Notes under the pieces: generated by a model | Told to the model about the DNA's origin: nothing | Seen by the model: only the letters and a program-made list of their open reading frames with translations | Databases searched by the model: none | NCBI RefSeq assembly: GCF_001194135.2 | Contig: NC_069000.1 | Location: forward strand, 29,922,869-29,986,868 | Length of the DNA: 64,000 nucleotides | Source: Octopus bimaculoides | Lineage: Eukaryota | Direction: 5' to 3' | Made by a program: the position numbers and the translations under genes | Part shown: one piece after another, positions 1 to 12,190 of the stretch | Layout: every line of letters begins with the position of its first letter | How positions within the stretch are numbered: the stretch's first letter is position 1

Positions 1-49
<49 letters not shown>

Positions 50-66
50 CACACACAAACAAACAC
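1..66. repeat. (AC)n microsatellite
   Basis: Direct reading. Confidence 0.95.
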
Positions 67-199
67 ACACATATATATTATATACTGTTTCAAGAGTGTA
101 TATACATGCAAACTTATATACATACACGTTACACAGCTGGGGTTTACAAGGTTTGCAATAGGCTCATTATAATTAACATACATACACACACTGATTGAT

Positions 200-595
200 A
201 TGGGGCATGCTTCCCAACTATATGGTTTAAGGTTCAGTCCCACAGTATGGCACCTTGGCCAAGTGTCTTCTACAAAAACCTCAGGCCGACCAAAGCCATG
301 CTAGTGGATTTGGTAGATGGAAACTGAAACTTGTAATGTGTGTATGTGGGTCTACCTGTCTTCACATCATGAGATAGTTGTAAGCAAGTGTCACTGTTAT
401 ACAACCGGCGTTCTTCATTTCCAATATTCTGTGAAAACATTTCTGTCCATAGGGAAATATTGCCTTGCTTGGAAACAGATGAAGATTGGCAACAAGAAGG
501 GCATCTAACTGTAGGAGAAAAAAATCTACCTCAACAAATTTCATCTGACTCATGCAAGCATGGGAAAGTGGATGTTAAATGATGGTGATGGTGAT
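200..595 (+). mobile_element. Degenerate SINE: family A tRNA/CORE-like head joined to an RTE-type 3' tail
   Basis: ggttcagtcccac...caccttggccaagtgtcttc...gtggatttggtagatggaaactgaaa, then gaagggcatct...catgcaagcatgggaaagtggatgttaaatgatggtgatg. Confidence 0.75.
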
Positions 596-1544
596 TACGT
601 GTGTGTGTGTGTGTGTGTGTATTCATTTGTTTGTTTTATGCTTTTCTATGCTTGAATAGGTTGGACGACTGCTTGAGGCAGCATTTTATGACTAGATGCA
701 CTTACTGTTGCCAATTTTTCATGTAAGGGATTTTTTTTATTCTGGTAAATTTTGAATGTACAGTGCGAGAGGATGTAGCATTCAGACTAAACCTGAGACC
801 ATGTGGTTATGAAGGAAACTTCTTAACTGCTCAGCCATGCTTGTGCACAGCTTCCATCAACAAATTCTACATACATGCTCTTAGTCAGCCTGAAGTTAGT
901 ACATATATGCAATGTATGTCTTGTGTGTGCGCACATGCGCATGTGTGTGTAGATACAATTTTTCCATCATGTTGAACCATTAATCCCTACACATTTTTTT
1001 TCGTTCTCTCTCGAATTTGTTTCCTCTCAATTATTTCTGTTGTACGCTCGAAATGTCAAAGACTTTTCAATTCTTCCTGAGCGTCAAACTAATACACCTG
1101 CTTGTTGTTCCTTCACCTGTCTTCATTGTTTGTTTTCTGTAAATTTGAACTATGTATGCGCATGCACATGCATGCACGCACACACGCATACGTATACTTA
1201 AATCTGTATTTCAGAAAGGATACTCACCCCTTCACCCATCATTGTATAGGTTTTCCCGGTACTTGTTTGCCCATAGGCAAACATACAGGCATTGTAGCCA
1301 TCAAATGCAGCCTCCAGCACCTCTGTGCCCAGATCTTGAAACACCTGAATTGAAAAAATAGATTTTGTTTTAGGAAATCAGAAAATGTAATGATTCTATC
1401 ACCATTACTACACATACACACACTATATATAGACATAAATTGTAGCCACTAAATAATTCCCTCTTTCTAGTGCTTCTGTTCACTAGAGCATGCGATTTTC
1501 AAACCGAAGAATCCAAGATACTATTCAAGCAAAGGAGAATATGC

Positions 1545-1772
1545 TTAACTCTTTAGCATTTAAACTGGCCATATCCAGCCAAAATAATCTACCTGTATTA
1601 TCTTCAAATTGGCCAGATCTGGCCTCTTACACTTACCCTACAAATATACTTACCCTAAAAATAAACAATCAGTCATATCATTGAAAACTCAAAGCTACAA
1701 GGTAATGCATGTTCATTTTATATCAATGTGAATGAATATGCATTATGCTTGACAGAAATCTGAAAGAGTTAA
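1545..1772. mobile_element. TTAA-flanked (piggyBac-like) MITE, family M1
   Basis: ttaa-ctctttagcatt ... ctgaaagag-ttaa; internal sequence shared with 7 other copies in the window. Confidence 0.75.
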
Positions 1773-1934
1773 AGACAGCATTGGTTGAAAAACAGAAGTC
1801 ATGTCTGCTGGGTTTGTTAGTAATAAAACAGTCAGAAGATTAAGCAGAATTAGAGGCATTGGTTTTGATTTTTACTGTGATAAATAACTGAAACCCAAAG
1901 AAACTAAATGGCATCTTTCAGGTCACTGACGGAG

Positions 1935-2105
1935 CATTTACACGGTCACTCAGCATAGAAGAAATAGCCACTGCACTTTCTTTAAAATACACCCTACCAT
2001 CTTAAAATGTGAAGGGCACATTAGATGATATAGTCCTAGATGCACTGAAAGAAAGACAAAGAGGAAGAATGGTGATGGTTGAAACACCTTTCATCATAAG
2101 TCTAC
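1935..2105. repeat. Dispersed repeat family E (hallmark gctgctatttctagc / tagaaatagcagc)
   Basis: gaaatagcca...caccctaccatcttaaaa...gggcacattagatgat. Related pieces lie near 4865-4995, 6680-6875, 17740-17910, 18600-18760, 27240-27330, 29640-29710, 47930-48030, 56640-56830, 58840-58880 and 61060-61140. Confidence 0.6.
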
Positions 2106-2639
2106 GCAAATGGGGTGGGGGTTCAATAACAGTAACAACAAACAGATACTGTTAATTAATAGACCATTCATTATCTTGGTAACAACTTTTCCCAGTGATT
2201 GAACCATTATCCTTGTTGATTCCCTTATTACAACCTTCCAAGATAAGATCATCTGTACCAATATCTATATTCTTCACATACATCTATGTGTAAATAATTT
2301 TTGTTTGGCTGAGATCAGGATTCATAAAACTACGCTGAATTTGGTAGACTTGGAAAGTCTTTCATGCTTCTTAGATATTTAGGAGGAAACTAACAAATTT
2401 CTAAAACAAACACTTTCTCTCCATGTGCATTCCCTACCTGGCGCATGAGCACATGTGTGCGTGTGTCCTGATTCAGTATGGTTATTGTATCATCAAACCT
2501 CTCTACTTTTTTTAAAGCATTCTGTCTTCTATTTTATCCAAGACTATTTTGAATGAGTCAAGCAACCATACTGAAGCTCTCTCATTGCTTCAAATGCAAA
2601 TATGTATTTGGGTTGGCTGATGTGTGTGTGTGTGTGTGG

Positions 2640-2850
2640 GGGGTCATGGCTAGTGCTGGTGCCATGTAAAAATCACCCAGTACACTCTGTAAAGTGGTTA
2701 GCATTAGGAAGGGCATCAAGTTGTAGAAACCAAGCCGAAACAGATGACTGGAGGCTGGTACAGCTCTGCAGTTTGCCAGTCCCAGTCAAATCGTCTAACC
2801 TATGCCAGCATGGAAAATGGATGTAAAGTGATGATGATGCTGATGATGAT
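2640..2850 (+). mobile_element. RTE-LINE 3'-end-derived repeat (family C) with (GAT)n tail
   Basis: gtggttagcattaggaagggcatc...gccagcatggaaaatggatgtaaagtgatgatgatg; same sequence as the 3' UTR of the RTE at 27870-28400. Confidence 0.8.
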
Positions 2851-2855
2851 ATGTG

Positions 2856-2913
<58 letters not shown>

Positions 2914-2914
<1 letters not shown>

Positions 2915-3727
2915 AATATGGTTATCAAAATGTCCCTGGACTAGTTCTGTAGCATGCCAACAGATGGCAGCACTCAGTCGTATGCACAGTGAGAGCTACC
3001 AGTGACATTCATGAGGCAGTGTACTGAGTGACATCACTGTGTTTACTTCACAAGTTATGAAATTTGTGTTTTTGTGATCACGTGTATGCTGTAGTCTGTG
3101 ATTTTGTTATGGACAGGAACAAAGAGCCAGCATGAAATTTTGTGCTGAACTTGGGAAGTTTGCTGAAGAGACATTGAGTGCGTTTCAGCAAGGAATTGGG
3201 TCGTATGCAATGTTTCTGGTGGCACAAAAGTGAAAGAATGTCCCTGGAAGATGATGAGCAATCTGGAAGACCTGTTACTGTGACATTATGAAGTATTTGA
3301 GGGAGGACATTCAGCAAAAGTGACTGGATCTGTGGAGCATGAACAATTGGATTCTTCACTGAGCTCTCTTCACTTGTGAGTTTCTTGCCAAAAACAACAT
3401 GGTATTGCTTCTGCACCCACCCTATTCACCAGATTTAGCACCTGCAGACGTCCATCCTTTCCCCAAGATGAAAATGCAGCTCAAAGGTTGCCGTTTTAAC
3501 ACTGTTGTCAAGATCCAGAGTGAATCACAGAAGGTCCTCGACTTGCTTACAGTAAACAACTTCCAGGCTGGATTCCAGAAGTGACAGGAATGCTGGGATT
3601 GGTGTATTGCTGTGCAAGGTGACTATTTCGAAGGAGATGATGCTAAAACTTAGGTGAATAAGTTGTATTTTATTTCAATAAAATACAACTTATTCAACTA
3701 GTCTGGGAACCTTTTGATACCACCTCA
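2914..3727 (+). mobile_element. Internally deleted mariner (DD34D-type) DNA transposon
   Basis: Imperfect TIRs at 2914-2946 and 3696-3727. N-terminal remnant MKFCAELGKFAEETL...SLEDDEQSGRP; C-terminal LHPPYSPDLAPAD...FPKMKMQLKGCRF...CIAVQGDYFEGD carries the mariner YSPDLAPxD motif. Contains stops and frameshifts. Confidence 0.9.
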
Positions 3728-3850
3728 CACACACACACAGAGTTGGAGAGAGAAATACTTTGTAGCTACTGTAAAGTTTATTATTCACTCACTGGAAGAT
3801 GAAGCTTCAATCTGTCACAGCTATGTTGAAGTTTCACATTTGGATGGCTA

Positions 3851-3892
<42 letters not shown>

Positions 3893-4157
3893 NNNNNNNN
3901 NNNNNNNNNNNNNNNNNNNNNNNNNNNNNNNNNNNNNNNNNNNNNNNNNNNNNNNNNNNNNNNNNNNNNNNNNNNNNNNNNNNNNNNNNNNNNNNNNNNN
4001 NNNNNNNNNNNNNNNNNNNNNNNNNNNNNNNNNNNNNNNNNNNNNNNNNNNNNNNNNNNNNNNNNNNNNNNNNNNNNNNNNNNNNNNNNNNNNNNNNNNN
4101 NNNNNNNNNNNNNNNNNNNNNNNNNNNNNNNNNNNNNNNNNNNNNNNNNNNNNNNNN
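3893..4157. other. Assembly gap (N run). Other gaps: 8089-8478, 14929-15014, 21568-21577, 30097-30289, 37839-37990, 39105-39601, 60299-60842, 61948-62012, 63595-63781
   Basis: N characters; most gaps are bordered by (TA)n, (AG)n or SINE sequence. Confidence 0.97.
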
Positions 4158-4183
4158 AGAGAGAGAGAGAGAGAGAGAGAGAT

Positions 4184-4227
<44 letters not shown>

Positions 4228-4997
4228 AGTAATTATTGTATTATCAAAACACATGGCACGTTTGGCAGTGAGTAGTTGGTGGTGGTGACTATAACAGCAC
4301 ACTTATTTAGTTCAACTATACAAATAGACACATGATGAGCTTCATATGGATCTTTGTATGGGCTTGCATCCTTCTCTCTCACTCTCTCCCTCAGTCTATA
4401 TGCCTTTCTTCCTCCACCTCTCCATACACACATACATACATTCACGAATATCTGTGTATGCTTGCACAAGTACGTAATCTGTGTGTGTGCATGTGAGTAT
4501 GTGCTTGTGTGTGTGTGTGTGTGCATATGCTTGTGTGTTCTTATGAAGCTCTTGCACCAGCTGGCAGTGAATAAGCTATCAGTAAAAGCAAGCAAGGGGG
4601 TTTTCTAACTAATAACATAATCATCATCATCATCATCATCCATTTCACTCTCACCAGACACTCCATGGCAATAACTGACAGGGTGTAGGTAGGGCAGGAG
4701 ACACTAAACTCGACACCCCAAAGTTTACTCAAAGACAGGAACCACAGATGTCTATTTATAATATTCTAAGAGTAACCCTCACTGCCAGCAAGATAATCAC
4801 CATCACCATTATGGTGTAGCTCTGTCACCACTACTATGATTCTCAACAACAGTATCAGTAATGAAGGGACTACATGGTTGACCAGCATGCTAGAAATAGC
4901 AGCTACATTTTTTTCTCAAACAAAACAGCATTTTCTTAAAATAAAACAACACGTTAAATAATGCAGGATGCTCATGGTTGGAATGGCTAATTGTGAG

Positions 4998-5372
4998 GGG
5001 CAGGTGTGGCTGTGTGGTAAGAAGCATGATTTTCAACCACATGGTTCTGGGTTCAGTCCCACTGCATGGTACCTAGAACAAGTGTCTTCTACTATAGCCT
5101 CGGGCCAAGCAAAGCCATGTGAGTGGATTTGGTAGACAGAAACTGAAAGAAGCCCGTCGTGTATATATAAATGTGTGTGCGTCCTCCACTAACACTTGAC
5201 AGCTGGTGTTGGTTTGTTTATGTCCCCATAACTTAGCGGTTTGGCAAAAAGAGCTTGATAGAAAAACTACCAGGCTTAAAAAATAGATAAGTATTGATTC
5301 ATTCGACTAAAAACGTTCTTCATGGTGGTACCCCAGCATGGCCGCAGTCTAATGGCTGAAACAGATAAAAGG
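4998..5372 (+). mobile_element. SINE family A (tRNA-derived, CORE-like), near full length
   Basis: A-box-like tggctgtgtgg and B-box-like ggttcagtccc; gaccaaagcc..gtgagtggatttggtagac; tail cccagcatggccgcagtctaatggctgaaac. Confidence 0.85.
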
Positions 5373-5572
5373 CTATTCTGCTTCACCAGGATTGGCCTTG
5401 GGTTAATCAACAACAAAAAGACCAATCATCATCATTGATAATAAGCACACACCCAGCTTTCTTAAACAGGAAGAATAGACAGGATATATGTAAGACTATA
5501 TATCATACACTGCCTCATAAAATAAGATGGGATGAGCAACACTGGAATACTGTTGATCATATAAGTCTAGAT

Positions 5573-6232
5573 GAGTGATTCTCAACCAGGGCCCACATGG
5601 CCCTTGGGCACCCGTATAAGATTTTGTTGTTAAAATTTATGTGTAATAAATTGCTTATACTTCTTCAATACACAAAATATTTTAATTTTTGCATAGGTGC
5701 AGGTGTGGCTGTGTGGTAAGAAGCTTGCTTCCCAACCACATGGTTCCAGGGTTAGTTCCACTGTCTGGCACCTTGAGTAAATGTCTTCTACTATGACCTT
5801 GGGCCGACCAAAGCCTTGTGAGTGGATTTGGTAGACAGAAATTGTAAGCCCGTTGTATATGTGTGTGTGCTTTTGTGTCTTCATTTGTCTCCCACACCAC
5901 TACTTGACAATTAATGCAGGTGTGTTTACGTCCCTATAATGTAGCTGTTTGGCAAAAGAGACTGACAGAATAAGTAAAAAGCTTTAAAAAAAAAAGCAAG
6001 TACTGGAGTCAATTCATTTGACTAAAAATTCTTCAAGGCAGTGCCCCAGCATGACCGCAGTCTAATGACTGAAACAAGCAGAAGAAAAAAGATTAAAAAT
6101 ACAATTCCTAATAAGATTTAATTATAAATATATAATAAGGATTTTTAAAACCTTGAATGGCTATGGGGGTGCACCTGAGTGAAATACAAATCAAAGGGGT
6201 CCATAGGAAAGAAATGGTTGAGAGGACCACTG
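5573..6232. mobile_element. hAT-like MITE interrupted by a family A SINE
   Basis: gagtgattctcaacc ... ggttgagaggaccactg termini (CAGTGGTTCTCAAC-type TIR); body matches the copy at 29711. Confidence 0.7.
5695..6090 (+). mobile_element. SINE family A nested in hAT-like MITE
   Basis: ggtgcaggtgtggctgtgtggtaagaagc ... aatgactgaaacaagcagaag. Confidence 0.85.
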
Positions 6233-6990
6233 GTGTAGGTTGATGCTAACCAAGAGTAACCTCAAAACTACAATCACACCACCAGTAACAACAACAGTAA
6301 CAACAACCATAGTGAGTCAGTACTGTAGTGAGATGAGTAGAATAATTAGTGGGGGTGGGGAGTAAATTCCTTTTTTGGAGAGAGTTGTGTGGCATGCCTG
6401 GGAGAAGGGGGTAATCCATCTTCTACCCCCTCCCTTTCTTCTCTTGCCCCCCCATACATATAGATATCATCATCATCATCATCATCACCTCAACAGCTGC
6501 TGTTCTCTATAGTCCAGTATTACTACTCGTTACATACATCTCTTACTACCATCCATTAAACCTGACTACTAAGAATACCACCACCACCACCACTTCTACC
6601 TCTGCCACAACTTTGCTCATCATCAGTGAAATTACATCACCTCCGCCTCCAAACTAACACTACACCCCACTCCCCGAGTCAAGTCACTCGACCTACTAGA
6701 AATAGCAGCCAAACCTCTCCAAATGCCCTACTAGCTTTTATAAAATAGGACACATTGTCGAATACAGACTGAGATATACTATGCCAGAATAAGAGACGAG
6801 ATGGATGATGGCTGCAGCTGTAATGCTTTTGATTGTCGGTCTGTTTTGTTGGAGCTGACCCGGGGCTAAACTACCATTACTACCAGCATCACATTACCAC
6901 AGCACCACCGTCTTCCCTACCATTGCTACCACTGCACCATGCCATACTACATCAACACCCTAACCCCACACTACCACCAGCTGATGGGGG

Positions 6991-7038
<48 letters not shown>

Positions 7039-7730
7039 GCAAAAGAGAGTGAGGAGAGAGGGGGCAGGGCATGTAGAAGAGACACCACTACCACCACCAC
7101 CAGTCAAACCATCCACTGGATAGAGAGAGTATGGTGAAGTGTGTGTATACCCAGATTTACTGGGTCAGAACTGTTTCATTCATAAATAGTATAATGAATA
7201 GTGTGGTGGAAGAAGTGAAGACAAAGTGTATTCTCAACTACATGTACTAGTGTGTGTGTGTGTGTGTGCATGTGTGTGCACATACACTCACACAATCACA
7301 CACACGCACACAGAATATCCTAAAAAAACGTAAACACACTTTAACAGCTGATAACTCAATTTCCATTTCTTTTTCAGATTTAACCGATTACTCAAATAAT
7401 GAAGGGAGCCAGACTATGGTTTGAACAAAGGAAATTTAACCTGAAGTGTTACTTGGAATTTGAAAATGTAGTCAATGAAGAAAGACAGTTTAGAAGGGAG
7501 TTTCAAACAGATGCACCTATGCAACTTATCAGTTTGAAGCGGAGGGAACTGTTCAGAATGTTGACATTGACAAGCTCCACAATGTAAAAATGGGTATTAG
7601 AAGCATTATTGCCAAATTCAAGAAAATCTGTGGTGCATTGTGAGATAAGTATTTCAAACTCAAGTGTCCATTGCATTTTGCACTGCTGTCATGGGAAAGA
7701 TACATTCCAAGAATATTCTATGCTCTAAAT

Positions 7731-8794
7731 CAGTGGTTCCTAACCATTTTCACATATGGACCTCCTTTGATTACTGGTTTACTCTGGTGGACTCCACTCC
7801 TGCAGATATTCAATGTTTACTCTTTTAATCTTTTACTTGTTTCAGTCATTTGACTGTGGCCATGCTGGAGCACCACCTTTAGTCGAACAAATCGAGCCCA
7901 GGACTTATTCTTTGGAAGCCTAGTACTTATTCTATCGGTCTCTTTTGCTGAACCGCTAAGTTACGGGGACGTAAACACACCAGCATCGGTTGTCAAGCGA
8001 TGCTGGGGAAACAAACACAGACACACAAACACACAGATATATATATATACATATACATATATACGACGGGCTTCTTTCAGTTTCCGTCNNNNNNNNNNNN
8101 NNNNNNNNNNNNNNNNNNNNNNNNNNNNNNNNNNNNNNNNNNNNNNNNNNNNNNNNNNNNNNNNNNNNNNNNNNNNNNNNNNNNNNNNNNNNNNNNNNNN
8201 NNNNNNNNNNNNNNNNNNNNNNNNNNNNNNNNNNNNNNNNNNNNNNNNNNNNNNNNNNNNNNNNNNNNNNNNNNNNNNNNNNNNNNNNNNNNNNNNNNNN
8301 NNNNNNNNNNNNNNNNNNNNNNNNNNNNNNNNNNNNNNNNNNNNNNNNNNNNNNNNNNNNNNNNNNNNNNNNNNNNNNNNNNNNNNNNNNNNNNNNNNNN
8401 NNNNNNNNNNNNNNNNNNNNNNNNNNNNNNNNNNNNNNNNNNNNNNNNNNNNNNNNNNNNNNNNNNNNNNNNNNNNNNCAATCAACACATTTAAATCAAA
8501 ATTTTTTCATGGACCCCCAAAATTTTATAATTCCAAAGTGTTTATAGTGTCATAGTGAGAATCTGATCAAAGATTTTGCAATTAAAAAAATGTAGAAAAC
8601 TTTTCAAATATAAATAAAGTAGAAATAAACAAAAATAAACATTATTTCCCATCTTACTGTTAGTATTGTTTCATTTTGTAAAAAAAAAAAAAATTCTATA
8701 TTGTTTATTATTGTTTATATTGTGAATTACATATATATGGGGCACCAAAATATTTTAAGTGCTTAGGGCCTCTATGGGTCTTAATCTGGCACTG
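7731..8794. mobile_element. hAT-like MITE sequence(s) inserted in the DD41D element
   Basis: Begins cagtggttcctaacc and ends tcttaatctggcactg; contains a SINE and a gap. Confidence 0.5.
7820..8088 (-). mobile_element. SINE family A, 3' half (truncated by gap)
   Basis: ttttacttgtttcagtcatttgactgtggccatgctggagcacc...gacgggcttctttcagtttccgtc. Confidence 0.9.
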
Positions 8795-9214
8795 AGTGTG
8801 TGGCATGTTGAGTAGAAGATGCACACTTTCCAATAAAAATCATTTGGAGGGCTGAGGCTACCTTTAAATTAAATGGCTCATTTAACAACCACATGCTATG
8901 GAAGAACAACTTATTAATTTACCAGGAGTTGCAGTATAGTGTGGCTTATCATCAAAAAGATCAAATGGACCATTTGTTTTTGATGCTACTGTGACTGGTC
9001 CCATTTACTCAAACTTGCTGCAACAATCTGTCATGCGAAGCCTTCAAGAGGACTTTGATGATGTGAAGTAATATGCAGTTCCCACATACTACCATACTAA
9101 TGTCAGGTTCATTTTGATGAGATTTTGCCTAACTGGTGGATTGTATTGAAGAGGTTCACTGGACCTCACATCACTTGACCTTCTTTTCTATGGGGATACA
9201 ATTTTTTTAACACC

Positions 9215-9272
<58 letters not shown>

Positions 9273-9494
9273 ACGCACGTGCATGAACAAGCTCACATTT
9301 TACACGAATATAGCTATACATAAAGGTCACACATACACACTCCTTTGCTGAATCAGTGCCTGAAATTGCTTACATCAATGTTAGAATCCAGGGGTAACCT
9401 GGTCACACTGACCTCTAAATGTCATTTTTTTTTTTTAAAGGTTGTGTAAAATCATTTGGCAGTAGGGAACGCAGAGAGAGGGAGATTGAGAAAG

Positions 9495-9526
<32 letters not shown>

Positions 9527-10064
9527 GCTGAATATGTGTGTGGAATGTTACAGGTAAAAAAAAAAATCCACAAACAACACAAAACCACCTTTATCTCACC
9601 CAACTCTAAGGTTCTATTTTCACAGGTAAACCAGCTGTATCTAAGTATTAAATCCTTAAATATATCTTTAAGGGATGTGTGAGGTGAAAAGTACCATGAG
9701 AAAACAAGATGTTAACACATCTCTCCCTCCCCACCCCACCACACACTTACGACTAAGAACTGATCTTTACATTTGCTCTGGATAACTAACTTAACATAAC
9801 ATATCTTCATGCACACTCCCACACACTCACAAAAACTGATCTTAATAGATATCTGCCCTGGGGAGAATGAAGCAGACATTACTCTGATTAATGTGTGTTT
9901 GTATCTAACACACACACACACTTCCAAGATCTGACCTTATAGACTTATAGATACCAATTCTCATGTATGTGATGAGGTAGATTAACTGTGGTATAAAGGA
10001 TGAGACAGGTTAACACAATAGGTATTACACACTCAAACACACCCTTTCTTCCAAATGCCTCAAA

Positions 10065-10380
10065 GAACTTTTTAGTCAAATGAATCAACTCCAGTGCTTA
10101 TGTTTTTTTTTAAACCTGGTACTTATTTTACCAGTTTCTTTTGCTGAACCACTAAGTTACAGGGATGTAAACACACCAACACCAGTTGTCAAGTGGTGAT
10201 GGAGGCACAGACACAAAGACACACACATACACATTCACACAAATATACACACACAGTGAACTTCTTTCAGTTTTGGTCAGCCTGAGGCCATAGCAGAAGA
10301 CACTTGCCCAAGGTGTCATGCAGTGGGACTGAACCCGAAACTATGTGGTCAAGAAGCAAGCTTCTTACCACACAGCCACA
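10065..10380 (-). mobile_element. SINE family A, degenerate
   Basis: ttgctgaaccactaagttacagggatgtaaacacacc...gacacttgcccaaggtg...cttcttaccacacagcc. Confidence 0.8.
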
Positions 10381-10444
10381 TGGTATTGACAGACTATTTC
10401 AGAGGGTAATATTTGGTAACATTAATATTGTTGGTGTTTAGTTT

Positions 10445-10800
10445 GAATATCTCTAAGTCAACATCTACAAGAACAGGAGTGGCAAAGGAATTCTGGTTGA
10501 TTGACGCTAGGAAGTAAGGATTAAGAGAAACGATTAGAATTGGGAGTAGGAGGGAAGGGCTGCAGAACACTGTTGGGTTGCACCACAAGAGAATGGTTTC
10601 AAATGTGATTGACTGGAAGCAGAATGCACTAGCTTGTTCATGAGAACAGAGGCCATTGTAGCCGTAGTTGGATAAACTGTGAGAGGTGACAACACACTTG
10701 TGGGCCAGTGAATGTAGTATGTTGGTGAATCTTTGCTAATCAGAGGACCACTCTTTTGTGCAAATGCCACTTTTCAGAGCAAAGACAAAGAGTACCCTGA
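10445..10800 (+). mobile_element. Probable decayed RTE-type LINE APE-endonuclease fragment
   Basis: Stop-riddled + frame with RTGVA, EAIVAVVG*TVRGDNTLVGQ and GESLLI..LFCANATFQSK, resembling the APE segments GVA / IVxGDFNAKVG / GERLxEF..LxITNTFFQHK. Confidence 0.4.
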
Positions 10801-11084
10801 ATAGCAGAGACAGACTACAAAGTACAACATCCATGTTAATCTACCTTTCATCCCTAATACACACACACATATTTTCAAGATTTAACCCTTTCATTTATAC
10901 TCATCATCATCACCATCATTTTATGTCAGTTTTCCTCACTACATAAACATTTCTACTTAGTGTTTTAATGTTCCTCTCATAAAAATATGTTAACACAAGC
11001 TTAACTAACAATGGCATACCTGAATTAACCGATTCTAATTTCCTAAATAAACCAAACAAGCAATGTGTAGTCTTGCACATTTAC

Positions 11085-11270
11085 TTGGTATTCTTGGTAT
11101 TAAGCAGTAAATTGCAGAATTGTTAAAATATCGGATAGAATGCCTTGTGGTATTTGCCTAGTGGTATTTGCTTTCTTCCCCTTTCACTCAAATAAATAAA
11201 GTACCAGTTAAATACTGGGGTAAATTCCTCCTCTTCCCTCATTCTCTTGGCATATAAAAGTGCCAAGAAA
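11085..11270 (+). mobile_element. SINE family B (Meta-domain-like), degenerate
   Basis: ttgcagaattgttaaaata...aaataaagtaccagttaaatactgggg. Confidence 0.6.
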
Positions 11271-11419
11271 AAAAGGATGCTTGCAGTGCAGACCTTTTAT
11301 CAATCTTTTCATCACCGTTTTGTGGACAGGATATGACAAGAAAAAACAAAAAAAAGTAATTCTTTCATCACTCCTTCAGCCAACAGCTTTGATGAAGACT
11401 AACTTTATTGAGGAAGTCC

Positions 11420-11610
11420 TCTTAGTCTTAGTCTCCCCACCTCAGGCAGCAAGACATCTCCAATAATCCTGGTTTTGAGCACAACCACCAGCATCTTCCC
11501 AGGTGATGTTAATTTGCTTCAAATCTGTTTTGAAGATGGTACATCATGTCTTCTTGAGTCTCCTTCTCTTTCTTTGTCCCTCTGGTAGTACCCATTATAT
11601 AGCTGAAATA
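11420..11610 (-). mobile_element. RTE-type LINE ORF2 C-terminal fragment
   Basis: Minus strand GTKKRRRLKKT*CTIFKTDLKQINITWEDAGGCAQNQDYWRCLAA, resembling the RTE end GRPKKTWRRT..DL..I.W.DA..A.DR..WR. Confidence 0.5.
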
Positions 11611-11636
11611 TGTCTGGAGTTGTTTCTCATACTTAG

Positions 11637-11786
11637 GTGCAGGCATGGCTGTGTGGTAAGATCCCAACCACATGGCTCCATGTTCAGTCCCACTGCATGG
11701 CACCTTGGGGAAGCATGTTCAAGAATAGTGTTGGGCTGACCAAAGCCTTGTCAGTGGATTTGGTAGATGGAAACTGAAAGAAGCCC

Positions 11787-11842
<56 letters not shown>

Positions 11843-12190
11843 CTTTTTTTCTTTTTATCTTTTACTTGTTTCTGTCATTAGTCTGCAGCCATGCTGGAGC
11901 ACCTTACTGAACCCAGAACCATGTGGTTGGGAAACAAGCTTCTTACCACACAGCCATGCCCGGTGTGTGTCTTTATGTTTGTTTATCTCCCACTCCACCA
12001 CTTGACAACCGGTGTTGATGTGTTTGTGTTCCTATAATTTAGTGGTTCAGCAAAAGAAACTGGAAGAATAAGTAGCAGGCTTAAAAAAAAAAGTACTGGC
12101 ATCAATTAATTTGACTTAAAATTCTTCAAGGTGTGCTCCAGCATGACCACAGGCAAATGACTGAAATGTGTAAAAACAAAAAAAAAAAGA
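11637..12190 (+). mobile_element. Rearranged family A SINE composite (+ head, short - pieces, + tail)
   Basis: + head 11637-11790; - tail piece 11850-11905; - head piece 11908-11958; + tail 11960-12190. Confidence 0.7.

Larger units (their letters stand above)
7311..9219 (+). mobile_element. Decayed DD41D (rosa/Visitor-like) Tc1/mariner-superfamily transposon, split by nested insertions
   Basis: 5' part MKGARLWFEQRKFNLKCYLEFENVV..RQFRREFQTDAP..FEAEGTVQNV..YIPRIFYALN (7399-7730). 3' part [39 protein letters not shown] (8795-9200). Degenerate TIRs cagaatatcctaaaaaaacgta and tacaatttttttaacaccctctg. DD41D assigned by resemblance because the triad region is decayed. Confidence 0.7.

Noticed and set aside
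1030-1065. gctcgaaatgtcaaagac, resembling the 3' half of a minimal hammerhead
   Set aside because: No CUGANGA core upstream in this copy, so it cannot be supported.
2155-2286. Minus frame MYVKNIDIGTDDLILEGCN..GSITGKSCY, faintly like kinesin exon 4
   Set aside because: Lacks FAYGQTGSGK, ends in a stop and has no donor; judged coincidental.
10394-10770. Two overlapping minus-strand open frames (78 aa and ~115 aa) with plausible acceptors
   Set aside because: No kinesin similarity; the + strand resembles a decayed RTE endonuclease, so these are probably antisense shadows.
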